NCBI GenBank assembly: GCA_047947115.1 | Contig: CP170459.1 | Coordinates: 6,016,781 to 6,080,780 of the forward strand | Origin: Verrucomicrobiota bacterium | Lineage (GTDB): Bacteria > Verrucomicrobiota > Verrucomicrobiia > Limisphaerales > AAA164-E04 | DNA: 64,000 nucleotides | Reading direction: 5' to 3' | In this document: piece after piece, positions 51,134 through 61,757 of the stretch | Position numbering within the stretch: position 1 is the first letter of the stretch | Layout: each line of letters starts with the position of its first letter | Made by a program: the position numbers and the translations under genes | The notes under the pieces: generated by a model | What the model was told of the DNA's origin: nothing | Database searches by the model: none | Seen by the model: the letters and a program-made list of their open reading frames with translations, nothing else

Positions 51134-54100
51134 GGTTGGATGGAAGGTTGTTCCGGATCTATGGTATCGCTCTCCACATCAGGATGCATCCATCGGTCCA
51201 AAAGGAAATAAATGCTCGGCACCACAATCAAGGTCAGGACAGTGGATGAAATCAGTCCGGAGATAACGGCGATGGCCATGGGTGTGCGAATTTCCGCCCC
51301 GTCGCCCAGTCCGATCGCCATCGGCAGCAACCCCAACACGGTGGTCGCAGTGGTCATCAGGATGGGACGCAACCTGACAGAACAAGCGGTCAAAATGGCA
51401 TCTTTGGGCCCCAAACCACGTGTCCGCAAAAGGTTCGTGTAATCGACCAGAACGATAGCGTTGTTGACCACAATTCCCACCAGCATGATCAAACCAAGAA
51501 AGACCACCACCGACAAACTTGTTCCGGTCACAGCCAATCCGACAGCCGATCCAACAAAAGCCAGAGGCACGGAGAACATGATGATAAACGGTTGCAAAAG
51601 TGATTCAAACTGGGAGGCCATGATGACGTAAACCAGGAACACACTCAATCCCATGGCCAGAAAAAGGCTGTTCTGGCTGTGCTGCCATTCTTCACTTTGC
51701 CCTGCGATGAAGTAATTCATATCAATCGGCCAGTCGATGGTTTGATCCAAGGTGGCTTTGATCGTCCCGACTGCCCGCCCCAGGGATGCATCGCCCAGAT
51801 TAGCCTGAACCAAGGCCACGCGTTTGCCGTCAATTCGTCGAATTTCGCTGGGACCTTCCCCAATGCTGTAATCGGCTACTGCGCTGAGTGGAATTGGTTT
51901 GTCGCTTCCCGGGTTCACGGTCAGATTGCCGATGTCATCAATCTTTTGCCGGTCGGCTTCATCCAGTCGGGCAATGATCGGAATCCGCCGGTCTTTCATA
52001 TTAAAACGGGTCGCCTCGTTCCCCTGCACGAGATTCCGCACCAAATCGGCCACCTGACCAATGTTCAACTCGTACCTGGAAAGCGCGGCACGGTCATAGG
52101 TGATCTGAATCTCAGGAGCACCGGGTCGCAGGGTCGTCTCGACATCAGCAAGTTCAACCAACCCCATCAATACTTCTTCCACCTCGTCGGCCATGTCCTT
52201 GAGCTGATCAAGATCGTCACTATGGATTTCAACGCTGATCGGTTTGCGTGTGCTGAACAAAACGGGACGCGTAACGCGATAAGTCAGATCCGGCACCCGA
52301 TCGAGTTTGTTCCGCACTTGAGCAAGCACGCGTTCCTCGACTTGGGCTGGACCACCTTGCCCTTCAAGCAACAACTTAAAGCGGGCGGAATGTTCTCCCT
52401 CGTCGCTGCGTTTCATGTTGGTAATATCGTAACCAAAGGTTGTGAGGACGGTTTTAATGTCGGCCTGATCTGCCAGAAGAAAACTCTCTATATTGGAAAG
52501 GGTCTCAACCGTGACTTCCAACGGAGTCCCCACCGGCAGATTGAGTTCAACGGTGACCTCACCCTGATGGACTTCGGGCAGTAGTTCCGTATCCAATGAA
52601 AAACCAATCCAAACCGTCAACGCCAAAGCCATGCCAACCAGCCCGAACACACCACTCGGCCTGTCGAGCGCACGTTCCAGCCAGCGAGGATACCTGTCTG
52701 TCAACCAGGTGAGGAGGTTTTGAGTGATCTCAACAGGCCATTTGACCAAAAGGCCACCCATCTTTGCCGCCAATGGAACCAGTCTTTTCACCACCAAACG
52801 GGTCATTCCGGAGAGAGTCATGCCAATGACTTTGCCGACGAACTCAAGAACACAAGCAATGACGCATTTCAGGCAGACATAGGGAATCAGCAATTTCTTC
52901 CAACCTTGACGGACGTCGGCAAGATCAGCGAGCAAGCTTTCGACGGCCATCCATCGTTTCCATGTCAGGCGAGATATTTCCCGACGTTGGATATTGGGTC
53001 TGGCCCGACTGGCGAGCATGGGGATGAAATATACCGCCACCAATAAGGAAGCGATCAGCGAAATCACCACCGCCATCCCCAGATCACCAAACACCTGACC
53101 AGCGATGCCTTCCACAAACACCATGGGCAGGAATACGGCGATGGAAGTCAATGTACTCGCGGTCACTGCGCCTCGCACTTCCCTGGCGCCACGAATGGCG
53201 GCCGTTTTCAAATCATCTCCTTCCTGGATGCATCGATAAATGGATTCCAACACCACGATCGACGAATCAACCAACATACCGACCCCCAGCGCCAGGCCCC
53301 CCAGGGACATGATGTTCAGCGAGACCTCGGACAGATTCAGCGGGGCGAAGGTGATCAAAATACTCATCGGAATACTGACCGCAACAATGACCGTGCTCTT
53401 GAAATCCCTCAAAAAAAGAAACAGGACGATGACCGCCAAAACCCCACCCACCACGGCAGTCTGCCGCACTTCATTGATGCTGTTTTCAATAAACACCGAT
53501 CGATCGGCAACCACCTCCAATCGAGCGCCCTCGGTCTTGAGCAGCTTGGCGGCCAACCGATCCCGGAACATGTTTCGAATCATCGGATTAAACCGTGCCA
53601 TCATCTGCATTAAGGGAGGCATTTGAGACGGTCCCACAGTACCCACGGCCGATTTCACCGCCTGGGCCACGGACACGATATTGGCATCTGCTTCCTTGTA
53701 GATGTCTATCTGAACACTTTCACGCCCATCGGTGCGGGTTACGATTTCACGATCCCGGTGGGAACGGCTGACCGAACCAATGTCCCTGATACGCACCTCA
53801 CCACTGGCATCTCGTCGGATGATGGTGTCTTCGATCTCCTTCTGGTTGGTGAATTCGTTGAGGGTTCGCACCATGAATTCGGAACGTCCCTCCTGAACCA
53901 TGCCGCCAGCCACGTTGATATTCTCCTGCTTCAGACGTGCGACCACCTGTTGAATGGAGACCCCAGTCCTACGCAATGCCTGCTGATCCAGCATCACGTG
54001 GATTTCTTCTTCCAATCCCCCCCGAATCCTGACCGCAGCCACTCCAGTGATGGGTTCCAGCGCCCGCCGGATTTGAATCTCGGCCAAGCGACGCAGGCGC

Positions 54101-54594
54101 CGAAGCCCGATTTCCCCTTCAAACCGAATCCCCTCCCCCGAAAGGCTCAATTCCATGATCGGATCCAGCGAGGGATCGAAATGCAAAATCAAGGGTTTCT
54201 CCACTTCCTGCGGCAAAAAGACCTGATCCATTTTTTCCAGCGTGTCCTGCGCCGCCTGCGACATGTCCGTTCCCCAAACAAACTCCAACACCACATCACT
54301 GATCCCTGCCCGGCTGATGCTGCTGATACGGTTGAGACCGTTGACCACCCCAAGCGTCTCCTCGACCGGACGACTCACTTCGTTTTCGACTTCCTCCGGA
54401 GCGGCTCCTTCATACTCGGTACGAACAGTGAGCGTGGGGTAATTGAGTTCCGGCATGAGGGTGACCGGAAGTCGTTTGAAGGAAAAGTAACCAAAGACCA
54501 CCGCCGCAATAAACACCATCAACACGGCAACCGGACGGTCGGTTGTGAAGTGGGCGAGCTTATGGGAAGAAGGCTGGGCCATAGGCCGTTTCAA
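51130..54594 (-). CDS. RND efflux permease (AcrB/HAE1-like) subunit 1
   Basis: 1154 aa; GAAPEEVE, GMLVDSSIVVLESI, VVNNAIVLVD, RLRPILMT. Confidence 0.93.
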   Translation of the reverse strand: MKRPMAQPSSHKLAHFTTDRPVAVLMVFIAAVVFGYFSFKRLPVTLMPELNYPTLTVRTEYEGAAPEEVENEVSRPVEETLGVVNGLNRISSISRAGISDVVLEFVWGTDMSQAAQDTLEKMDQVFLPQEVEKPLILHFDPSLDPIMELSLSGEGIRFEGEIGLRRLRRLAEIQIRRALEPITGVAAVRIRGGLEEEIHVMLDQQALRRTGVSIQQVVARLKQENINVAGGMVQEGRSEFMVRTLNEFTNQKEIEDTIIRRDASGEVRIRDIGSVSRSHRDREIVTRTDGRESVQIDIYKEADANIVSVAQAVKSAVGTVGPSQMPPLMQMMARFNPMIRNMFRDRLAAKLLKTEGARLEVVADRSVFIENSINEVRQTAVVGGVLAVIVLFLFLRDFKSTVIVAVSIPMSILITFAPLNLSEVSLNIMSLGGLALGVGMLVDSSIVVLESIYRCIQEGDDLKTAAIRGAREVRGAVTASTLTSIAVFLPMVFVEGIAGQVFGDLGMAVVISLIASLLVAVYFIPMLASRARPNIQRREISRLTWKRWMAVESLLADLADVRQGWKKLLIPYVCLKCVIACVLEFVGKVIGMTLSGMTRLVVKRLVPLAAKMGGLLVKWPVEITQNLLTWLTDRYPRWLERALDRPSGVFGLVGMALALTVWIGFSLDTELLPEVHQGEVTVELNLPVGTPLEVTVETLSNIESFLLADQADIKTVLTTFGYDITNMKRSDEGEHSARFKLLLEGQGGPAQVEERVLAQVRNKLDRVPDLTYRVTRPVLFSTRKPISVEIHSDDLDQLKDMADEVEEVLMGLVELADVETTLRPGAPEIQITYDRAALSRYELNIGQVADLVRNLVQGNEATRFNMKDRRIPIIARLDEADRQKIDDIGNLTVNPGSDKPIPLSAVADYSIGEGPSEIRRIDGKRVALVQANLGDASLGRAVGTIKATLDQTIDWPIDMNYFIAGQSEEWQHSQNSLFLAMGLSVFLVYVIMASQFESLLQPFIIMFSVPLAFVGSAVGLAVTGTSLSVVVFLGLIMLVGIVVNNAIVLVDYTNLLRTRGLGPKDAILTACSVRLRPILMTTATTVLGLLPMAIGLGDGAEIRTPMAIAVISGLISSTVLTLIVVPSIYFLLDRWMHPDVESDTIDPEQPSIQP

Positions 54595-54595
54595 A

Positions 54596-55813
54596 TCATC
54601 CGTTATGCGCCTGATCTCCCGCAGGGGTGCTTTCCTCTGAAGGAGCGGATTCGCCGGGTTTCAAGTCCGGACTGGAAGGGTCCACCACTCTGACTTGACT
54701 GCCATCTTTAAGTCCTGTCTGCCCTGCGATGACCACCTGGTCACCTTCCTTGAGCACGGCTACAGGTTGCAGATTGTCCGCATCCTCCAAGCCCACCTCA
54801 AGCAAAACACGTTCAACCTTGTTTTCAGTGCCGATACGAAAGACAAAACGCTGTTCTCCGTCATAAACAATGGCCTTCTTGGGCAACAACAAGGCATCGG
54901 TTTTCGAGGAAGTAATGATATCGGCATCCACATACATCCCCGGCAACAAGGGACCGACATCCCGGAATCCGACGGTCACCTTGATCATGCCGGATTTGGA
55001 TTCCACCACGGGGGCGATGCGCATCACGTAACCTTCAAATGTTTTGCTAGGGAAAGCCGTCGATTCGACGCGCACTTGTTGATCGAAATGGATACGACTC
55101 AATTCCTTTTCCGGAACATACAATCGAGCCACGATGGAATTGAAATCAATGATGTTAAACAGGTCCTGACCTACCTTGATTTGGTCGCCCACTTTGACCA
55201 TGCGATGGGTAATGGTCCCGGAAATTGGCGCCCGGATTTCGGTATAACCCAACTCACGCTCCATGTCTTCCAAGTTCAACTCCAATTGCCGCAATCGAAA
55301 TTTCGCCTCATCAAAGACCTGATCACTGACCAACTGCTGCTGATAAAGGGATTGCTGGCGAAGAAATTCCTCACGTGCTTCATCCACTTGGTTCTTGGCC
55401 TTGTTCACCTGAATGAGCTGGATGTCATTTTCAAGCTGGAGGAGCAAATCACCGGCATGAACCACATCGCCTTCTTCCACACGAAGTTCCTTGACCCTGT
55501 TCGCGGTTCGGGCAGGCACTTTGACCTCGCTCTCGGCTTCAAGTGCACTGGAAGATTCCAAAACTGTTTCAATAGCGCCGCGCTCCAACTTCACCACTTC
55601 AACAGGAATGGCCGTGTCCTTTTCTTCCTTTGCCCCGGCAACATCCTTGGAACCTTTACCCCACTTCCCACAAGCTGTCCCGACAAGCGACAGGCACACA
55701 ATGATCAAACAGCACCCAACTCGATGAATAGAGAAACGCCAACGCGAAATTGCATGGATCGAGGCGTCACGTTTTTGTGAAACCGGATTGTCTGGATCAT
55801 TCCCTGGTTGCAT
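54596..55813 (-). CDS. RND periplasmic adaptor (MFP) lipoprotein
   Basis: GTAC lipobox; VEEGDVVHAG, IRAPISGTI, LLPGMYV. Confidence 0.93.
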   Translation of the reverse strand: MQPGNDPDNPVSQKRDASIHAISRWRFSIHRVGCCLIIVCLSLVGTACGKWGKGSKDVAGAKEEKDTAIPVEVVKLERGAIETVLESSSALEAESEVKVPARTANRVKELRVEEGDVVHAGDLLLQLENDIQLIQVNKAKNQVDEAREEFLRQQSLYQQQLVSDQVFDEAKFRLRQLELNLEDMERELGYTEIRAPISGTITHRMVKVGDQIKVGQDLFNIIDFNSIVARLYVPEKELSRIHFDQQVRVESTAFPSKTFEGYVMRIAPVVESKSGMIKVTVGFRDVGPLLPGMYVDADIITSSKTDALLLPKKAIVYDGEQRFVFRIGTENKVERVLLEVGLEDADNLQPVAVLKEGDQVVIAGQTGLKDGSQVRVVDPSSPDLKPGESAPSEESTPAGDQAHNG

Positions 55814-56150
55814 GAAGCTGTTACAATATATTTCCTACCCTACGGGGCTCAATGACGCTCACCGCTTCCACACTGAGGCACATCAGGGCCATAATCAAGC
55901 GAAGATAAAACGGGATACTCGAACACGATATACCGGTTGGCAGAGCCGTTTGTTTCAACTTTCTGATTATTGCCTGATAAGAAAAGATTAAAATCAGGCC
56001 GGCAAAGACCTGCCGCAGCGGGCACATGAATATCGATATCTCCACATCCAATTTCACAACAATGAGTTGCAATTAAAGACACCCCAAACATCCACAACCA
56101 CTTCCTCAAAAAAGTAATCCGTCATCAACTTTTTGACCGGGAAAGGCACA

Positions 56151-57311
56151 TCAAGCTTCAGATGAACTCGCCGCAACAATTTGACCGGCACCATCCAAGG
56201 AGCCAGCAGATTCATTTGGGGCAATGGCCTTCCGGATCCAACCGCCACCAACCACCAGGTCTTCCTGATAAATCACACAAGCCTGCCCTGGCGTGATGGC
56301 TCGTTGCGCCACATGGAGATCCACACGAGCCGTGTAGTCATCCACAGGCGTAATGATTGCTTCCGTTCCGGGATGGTTGTAACGAATTTTTGCAGTTGCC
56401 AGGATGGGCTCTTCAAGTGTTTCAAAGGGAATCCAATTGCAACGATCGATCAAAAAGGAAGTTTTGTCCAAAGCTTCGGCTGGCCCGACCACCACCCGAT
56501 TCTGAGCCGGGTCCAACTCAAGTACATAAAGCGGATCCGGTGAAGAAATGCCTAACCCCTTGCGTTGCCCAATGGTGTAAAACTCAATCCCGTCATGACG
56601 CCCCACGACATTACCCTCGCGATCAACTATATCCCCCTGATGGGTCTGAACCATGTTCGTTTTGGTCAGGAATCCTTTATAATCATTGTCGGGCACGAAG
56701 CAGATTTCCATGCTCTCTTCCTTGTCGGCAGTCCGAAGAGAGCAGTCACGTGCCACGTTCCGGCTGTCGTCTTTGGTCAATTCTCCCAGAGGAAACAAAA
56801 TGTGCCGCAACAAATCCTGCCGCAGGGAGAACAGGAAGTAGCTTTGATCCTTGCGAGGATCCAACCCACGCTTCAGCAACATCCGGGAACCATCTTCATT
56901 CGGATGCACCCTGGCATAGTGTCCGGTGGCAATGTATTCGGCCCCCAATTGCCTTGCCCGGCTCAACAAGGTGCCGAACTTGAGCTTCTCATTGCACATC
57001 ACACAAGGATTGGGCGTGCGACCGGCTCTGTATTCATCCGCGAAATATTGAATCACTTGCTGCTGAAAGTCTTCCGACTCATCCACCAGGTAGTATGGAA
57101 TGTTCAGTTTATTGGATACACTGCGGGCATCCATCACCGCCTGGGGTCCACAACATTTGTCCTCCGCCCGCGAAACACAGTCCTGCGGCCAAAGTTTCAA
57201 GGTAATGCCGATGACATCATACCCCTGTTCAATAAGTACGGCAGCTGCCGCCGAGGAATCTACTCCTCCGCTCATCCCGACCACTACACGTTTGCTTTCA
57301 GAATCACTCAT
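56151..57311 (-). CDS. mnmA: tRNA 2-thiouridine(34) synthase
   Basis: MSGGVDSS, GRTPNPCVMCN, IATGHYA, KDQSYFL, EICF, YTIGQRKGL, ITPGQ; start probably ATG 57311. Confidence 0.97.
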   Translation of the reverse strand: MSDSESKRVVVGMSGGVDSSAAAAVLIEQGYDVIGITLKLWPQDCVSRAEDKCCGPQAVMDARSVSNKLNIPYYLVDESEDFQQQVIQYFADEYRAGRTPNPCVMCNEKLKFGTLLSRARQLGAEYIATGHYARVHPNEDGSRMLLKRGLDPRKDQSYFLFSLRQDLLRHILFPLGELTKDDSRNVARDCSLRTADKEESMEICFVPDNDYKGFLTKTNMVQTHQGDIVDREGNVVGRHDGIEFYTIGQRKGLGISSPDPLYVLELDPAQNRVVVGPAEALDKTSFLIDRCNWIPFETLEEPILATAKIRYNHPGTEAIITPVDDYTARVDLHVAQRAITPGQACVIYQEDLVVGGGWIRKAIAPNESAGSLDGAGQIVAASSSEA

Positions 57312-57529
57312 GCCGCCTGGTTTATATACATTCATCTCCAGCTCTGGAATCGAATTCCCATTCAAGCATAAGGCTGTAAGAAGTCGATCGAGCTTGAATC
57401 ACTGCCCTCTTTGGGCAAATCGCCCCATTGAGAATCCTGATATTCGACTACAAACGCACAAATTGCCATAAAAGAATCTGCACCAAACCTCGCGGATCCG
57501 GCTTCTGCGGTGATGCCATTCAATAAAAC

Positions 57530-59377
57530 CTACTTCCCGGCAGCCAACACCTGCTCCAACAATTGATTCAACTGCCTGACCATGGTCTTGGGGTCTTCCA
57601 CCACACCGGCTGCCAGACGTGCGTTATCCAGCAACTGCTCAACCACCTTGGTCGCGAGCAATTCGTTGGTTCCCTTCATGGCGAACAATTGTGAAACGAT
57701 GGGGTGCTGTGGATTCAATTCCATATCGAGTTTGACGGGCCCTGAATCCTGCCCCATGGATTTCATGAATCGACGCATCTGAGCCGTCATGGTCTTGTCG
57801 CTGTCGAGGACCACGGCAGGACTTCCCACCAAACGTGTTGAAACCCGAACTTCCTCCACCTTGTCGCCCAGTTTTTCCTTCGCCCACTTGGCCAATGCTC
57901 CGGCGTCTTCTTCTGAAAGAGCTTTCTCGTCCTTGGCGTCCTCGATCTTGAGATCCGCCTTCTCCGCTGACGTCAGAGTCTTTTCTTCAAACTGCCCCAG
58001 ATGATCCATCACGATTTCATCAATCGGATCATACAGGAAAAGCACTTCGTAATTCTTGGATTTGAACACTTCCAGATAAGGACTGTCCTCAGCGGCATCG
58101 CGTCCGGATGCAAGGAGGTAGTAGATCTCCTTCTGATCTTCCGGCATGCGGCTGATGTAATCCTTCAGGGAAGTCTTTTTGCCCTTGTCCAAAACAGTGG
58201 ACTCGTAGCGCAACAAATTGGCAAGGCTGTCGCGATGCGTGAAATCAGTGGCAACCCCTTCCTTCAGAAAACGATGGTAAAGGTCGTAAACCTTGTAGAA
58301 CGTCTCTTCATCCTTCTTGGAAAGCTCATCCAGATGCTTGAGGAACCGTGTGGTCAACACCTTGTTCAGTTTCTGCATCAAGGCGCTGTCCTGCATGGAC
58401 TCACGCGAGATGTTCAACGGCAGATCCTCGCTGTCCACCACCCCTTTGAGGAATCGCAACCATTCAGGGAAAAGCTTCTCGGCCTTGGATTGGATGAGCA
58501 CCTTGCGGCAGTAGAGATGCACCTCGTTCTCGCTGCGGGCAACACCGAGCGTCTCCATGTTCTTGGCGGGAATATATACCAGAGATTTGATGGCCAACGG
58601 TGCGTCAGCGGAAAAGTGCAACCGAGTCAACGGATCTTCGTGATCATGTCCGATATAGTGATAAAATTCGTTGTATTCCTCATCCTTGATCTCGCTCTTG
58701 CTGCGGGTCCAGATGGCGCTGACTTTGTTGACGACTTCGCCGTTGAGTTCGATAGGAAAGGGAACAAAGTTGGAATACTGCTTGATGATGGACTCCACCC
58801 GTGTAGACGTGGCGAACTCTTTATCATCCTCCTTGAGCTTGATGAAGATACGAGTACCACGAGGACAATCGGGGGCTTCGTCAATTTCGTAAGTGCCGAC
58901 ACCCTGGGAAACCCAGGTATGCCCTGACTGATCAGGAGCAAAGGACCGGGTGTGCACCTTCACCTCTTCCGCCACCATGAAAGCGGAATAAAATCCCACA
59001 CCAAACTGCCCGATCAGGTTCGCATCCGGCTTTTCCTTGCCTTCGGAAACCTGTTTCAGGAAAGCCTTTGAACCGGAATGCGCGATGGTACCGAGGTTTT
59101 CGACCAGTTCATCACGGGTCATGCCGATACCCGTGTCGGTGATGGTGATGGTGTTGGCTTTATCGTCGGTGGCAATGCTGATCTTGAGTTCGGTATCGGG
59201 TTCGTGAATCTCCTTGCCGGAACTCTGATGGAAACGAAGTTTTTCACAGGCATCCGCCGCATTCGAAATAAGTTCCCGAATAAAGATTTCCTTATCGGTG
59301 TAAAGCGAATGAATGACAATATCCAACAGCTGTTGGATTTCCGCCTGAAATTCATGTTTTTCCGTTTTTTGACTCAT
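57530..59377 (-). CDS. htpG: Molecular chaperone HtpG (Hsp90)
   Basis: FQAEIQQLL, RELISNAADA, DTGIGMT, IGQFGVGFYSAF, DSEDLPLNISRE. Confidence 0.98.
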   Translation of the reverse strand: MSQKTEKHEFQAEIQQLLDIVIHSLYTDKEIFIRELISNAADACEKLRFHQSSGKEIHEPDTELKISIATDDKANTITITDTGIGMTRDELVENLGTIAHSGSKAFLKQVSEGKEKPDANLIGQFGVGFYSAFMVAEEVKVHTRSFAPDQSGHTWVSQGVGTYEIDEAPDCPRGTRIFIKLKEDDKEFATSTRVESIIKQYSNFVPFPIELNGEVVNKVSAIWTRSKSEIKDEEYNEFYHYIGHDHEDPLTRLHFSADAPLAIKSLVYIPAKNMETLGVARSENEVHLYCRKVLIQSKAEKLFPEWLRFLKGVVDSEDLPLNISRESMQDSALMQKLNKVLTTRFLKHLDELSKKDEETFYKVYDLYHRFLKEGVATDFTHRDSLANLLRYESTVLDKGKKTSLKDYISRMPEDQKEIYYLLASGRDAAEDSPYLEVFKSKNYEVLFLYDPIDEIVMDHLGQFEEKTLTSAEKADLKIEDAKDEKALSEEDAGALAKWAKEKLGDKVEEVRVSTRLVGSPAVVLDSDKTMTAQMRRFMKSMGQDSGPVKLDMELNPQHPIVSQLFAMKGTNELLATKVVEQLLDNARLAAGVVEDPKTMVRQLNQLLEQVLAAGK

Positions 59378-59433
59378 GGGAAGTGAAGTAAAAATAACTT
59401 TGGCCGTTCGTCAAGGGAGGAAACGCTGATTTT

Positions 59434-60582
59434 TTAGCGGATTATGATATTTTTTGCCTGTTCAGGATCGATTTTTTCAATCGCCACACGGCACTCCTGC
59501 CCTACGCCGGAGAAATCATTGTTCATGGTGTCAAACAGGTGCGGGATCGCTGGCTTGGCTGCCGGCCCCATGTTACCAATGGCCGTCGCCGCAGTCGCCC
59601 GCACACCAATCACCTCATCCTTCAACAATGGAATCAACGCATCCAGACTCCCGATCGCATCCACCCCCAGACGCCCGAGTCCATAGGCAGCATAGTTTCG
59701 TATATCTTCGGAAGGATCATCCAGAGCTTCCTTCAGGTATCGCATCTGTTCCTCCTCCGGCAGGGCAATTTCAGCAAGGGTCTTCACCGCCACCATGCGC
59801 CGATGCTCACCAGGCATGGAGTCCAGCATGGGCTTGAGCGCAGGCATGGCTTCTTGTGGGTCCATCTTGATATGAGCGCCCACCAGGATCGCTTTGGACT
59901 GAATGGACATGTCAGGATGGATAAACAAAGGGATCAACTCAGGCCCGAGAGAAGAGGCCTTCTCCCCCATCTCACGCATCAGGTCCAAGGTTGGACGCAG
60001 CAGGCTACCGTTCGCGTCCTTGAGAATCTCCCGAAGGGCATCCAGCAAGGGACCGGCATCCGCAGCGTAATGTTGCATCACCAACAAGGCGGGTTGTTGT
60101 GTGTAAACGGAACCCTTTTCCAATATTTCCTTCATGGCGGAAATGATCGCCGGTTTCCATGCTTCGGGGGCGTTTTTGAGCATGTCCTGGGCGATCAGAG
60201 ATTCCCGCCCGGTTTTCGACCGATCACTGCCCTGGAAATTGATTTTCCACCTGGAAGTCGCCTGGCTCAGTTTAAAACCAAGGTTCTGGTTCAATCTCCC
60301 AATGGACATCACCATGCGATCCAACATACCGGGTTTTGAGGATGTCAGGCAATAAGCCAGGTGCGGCACAGCATCCGGCCCCATGCCGTAAATCGCCCTT
60401 TCAGCCCGCCCGGGATCCACTCCCTGTTCATAAAGACGCATCCACTCCGAAAACCGGCGTCCCTGATAACGCGGTTCGGAGTTGTAATACAGGTAAGCAA
60501 AGCCGATAGCCACCACCAACAGCACAGGTGGCAGCGTCCTTTTTATCCGGGCCAGCCAGGGAATGGTCGCACTATCAGACAT
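59434..60582 (-). CDS. Membrane-anchored HEAT-repeat protein
   Basis: TM then EPRYQGRRFSEW; HEAT units (LKEALDDPSEDIRNYAAYGLGRLG, VRATAATAIGNMG); ATG 60582 overlaps the upstream stop. Confidence 0.85.
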   Translation of the reverse strand: MSDSATIPWLARIKRTLPPVLLVVAIGFAYLYYNSEPRYQGRRFSEWMRLYEQGVDPGRAERAIYGMGPDAVPHLAYCLTSSKPGMLDRMVMSIGRLNQNLGFKLSQATSRWKINFQGSDRSKTGRESLIAQDMLKNAPEAWKPAIISAMKEILEKGSVYTQQPALLVMQHYAADAGPLLDALREILKDANGSLLRPTLDLMREMGEKASSLGPELIPLFIHPDMSIQSKAILVGAHIKMDPQEAMPALKPMLDSMPGEHRRMVAVKTLAEIALPEEEQMRYLKEALDDPSEDIRNYAAYGLGRLGVDAIGSLDALIPLLKDEVIGVRATAATAIGNMGPAAKPAIPHLFDTMNNDFSGVGQECRVAIEKIDPEQAKNIIIR

Positions 60583-61468
60583 CGCAGGTCCGCACAGCTT
60601 CATACAGACTGCCGAGCGGGTGTCGTTTGGGGATAAATTCCTGGGCAATATGCCCCTTGAATCCGGTCTCTACAATCGCCTTGCAGATGGCGGGATAATT
60701 CAATTCCTGTGTCTCGTCGATTTCATTACGGCCCGGGTTGCCACCAGTGTGATAATGTCCGATGTATTCGTAATAAGTTCGAATGTTGCGGATAACATCG
60801 CCTTCCATGATCTGCATGTGGTAAATGTCGTAAAGGAGCTTGAACCGCTCCGATCCCACCGCTTTCACCAACTCCACACCCCACTCGGTGTGATCACACT
60901 GGTAATCCTTGTGGTTGACCTTGCTGTTGAGCAGTTCCATGCAGACCGTGACCTTGTTTTGCTCGGCCACCTTTATGATCTGCTTCAATCCGATCGCACA
61001 GTTTTCAATTCCTTTCTCATCATCCAACCCCTCACGGTTGCCGGAGAAACAAATGATGTTTGGAAAACCAGCTTCGGCTACCTGAGGGATCATGCGTTTG
61101 AAACCTTCAATCAGGGTGGCGTGGTTTTCGATGCGATTGAAGCCTTTGGGAATTCCTCCCGGCCCATTGGCCATGGCGCAGACCAGATCATACTTTTTCA
61201 ATACGGCAAACTGATCTGGATTGAGCAATTCCACCGATTGCATGCCAAACTGGGAAGCGGCCTGAGCCAACTCCTCCAAGGTCAAATCCGAGTAACACCA
61301 CTTACAGACGGAATGATTCACATTGCCCTTCAGTTTCACCGGTTGGATGTCCGCAGCTTCAAGCTGACGGGCAATATTCGAGGATGCCGCCGCAGCCATG
61401 CCGGTTGCGGTCAATGATTTCAAAGCGATCCGACGAGAGAATTTTTGGCGTTTCATAATGGAATCCAA
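60575..61468 (-). CDS. Hydroxypyruvate isomerase-family TIM-barrel protein with Tat signal
   Basis: SRRIALK; SVCKWC, MELLNSKV, LYDIYHMQIMEGD, HTGGNPGRNEID, QEFIP. Confidence 0.9.
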   Translation of the reverse strand: MDSIMKRQKFSRRIALKSLTATGMAAAASSNIARQLEAADIQPVKLKGNVNHSVCKWCYSDLTLEELAQAASQFGMQSVELLNPDQFAVLKKYDLVCAMANGPGGIPKGFNRIENHATLIEGFKRMIPQVAEAGFPNIICFSGNREGLDDEKGIENCAIGLKQIIKVAEQNKVTVCMELLNSKVNHKDYQCDHTEWGVELVKAVGSERFKLLYDIYHMQIMEGDVIRNIRTYYEYIGHYHTGGNPGRNEIDETQELNYPAICKAIVETGFKGHIAQEFIPKRHPLGSLYEAVRTCDV

Positions 61469-61703
61469 ATCAGATAAGGACCATTCGACCCGAAACCCAA
61501 CGAATCGTCAAATTGAATTCAAGCATCTCAAACGGTCAGCGGACAGCTCAATATTAAGAAAATAAAGGGATGAGTTCCACCTCGCTCACACACTTCCCCC
61601 CCCTCAAAAGCGTTCCTGTTCATCTCGTAAATACCGCTACCGAGGCGACTGTCTAAGAAGAATTCCAACACATTCCCCCAATTTCTTTTTCCAATTTTCT
61701 CCT

Positions 61704-61732
61704 TTGATCTCCCCCTCTCGACACGTTAACCT
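61704..61732 (+). promoter_or_regulatory. Candidate sigma70 promoter of the MFS gene
   Basis: TTGATC-17 bp-TAACCT upstream of ATG 61758. Confidence 0.4.
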
Positions 61733-61757
61733 CCCCGCTCTTACAAAAAGGCAATAA

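Noticed and set aside
53623..55780. Two long plus-strand ORFs (356 and 361 aa)
   Set aside because: Antisense to well-supported RND and MFP genes; typical codon-bias shadows
55821..56109. 83-86 aa ORFs or a riboswitch between the MFP gene and mnmA
   Set aside because: No recognisable protein motif or riboswitch consensus; left unannotated
58001..58927. 308-aa ORF opposite htpG
   Set aside because: Antisense shadow of a highly biased housekeeping gene
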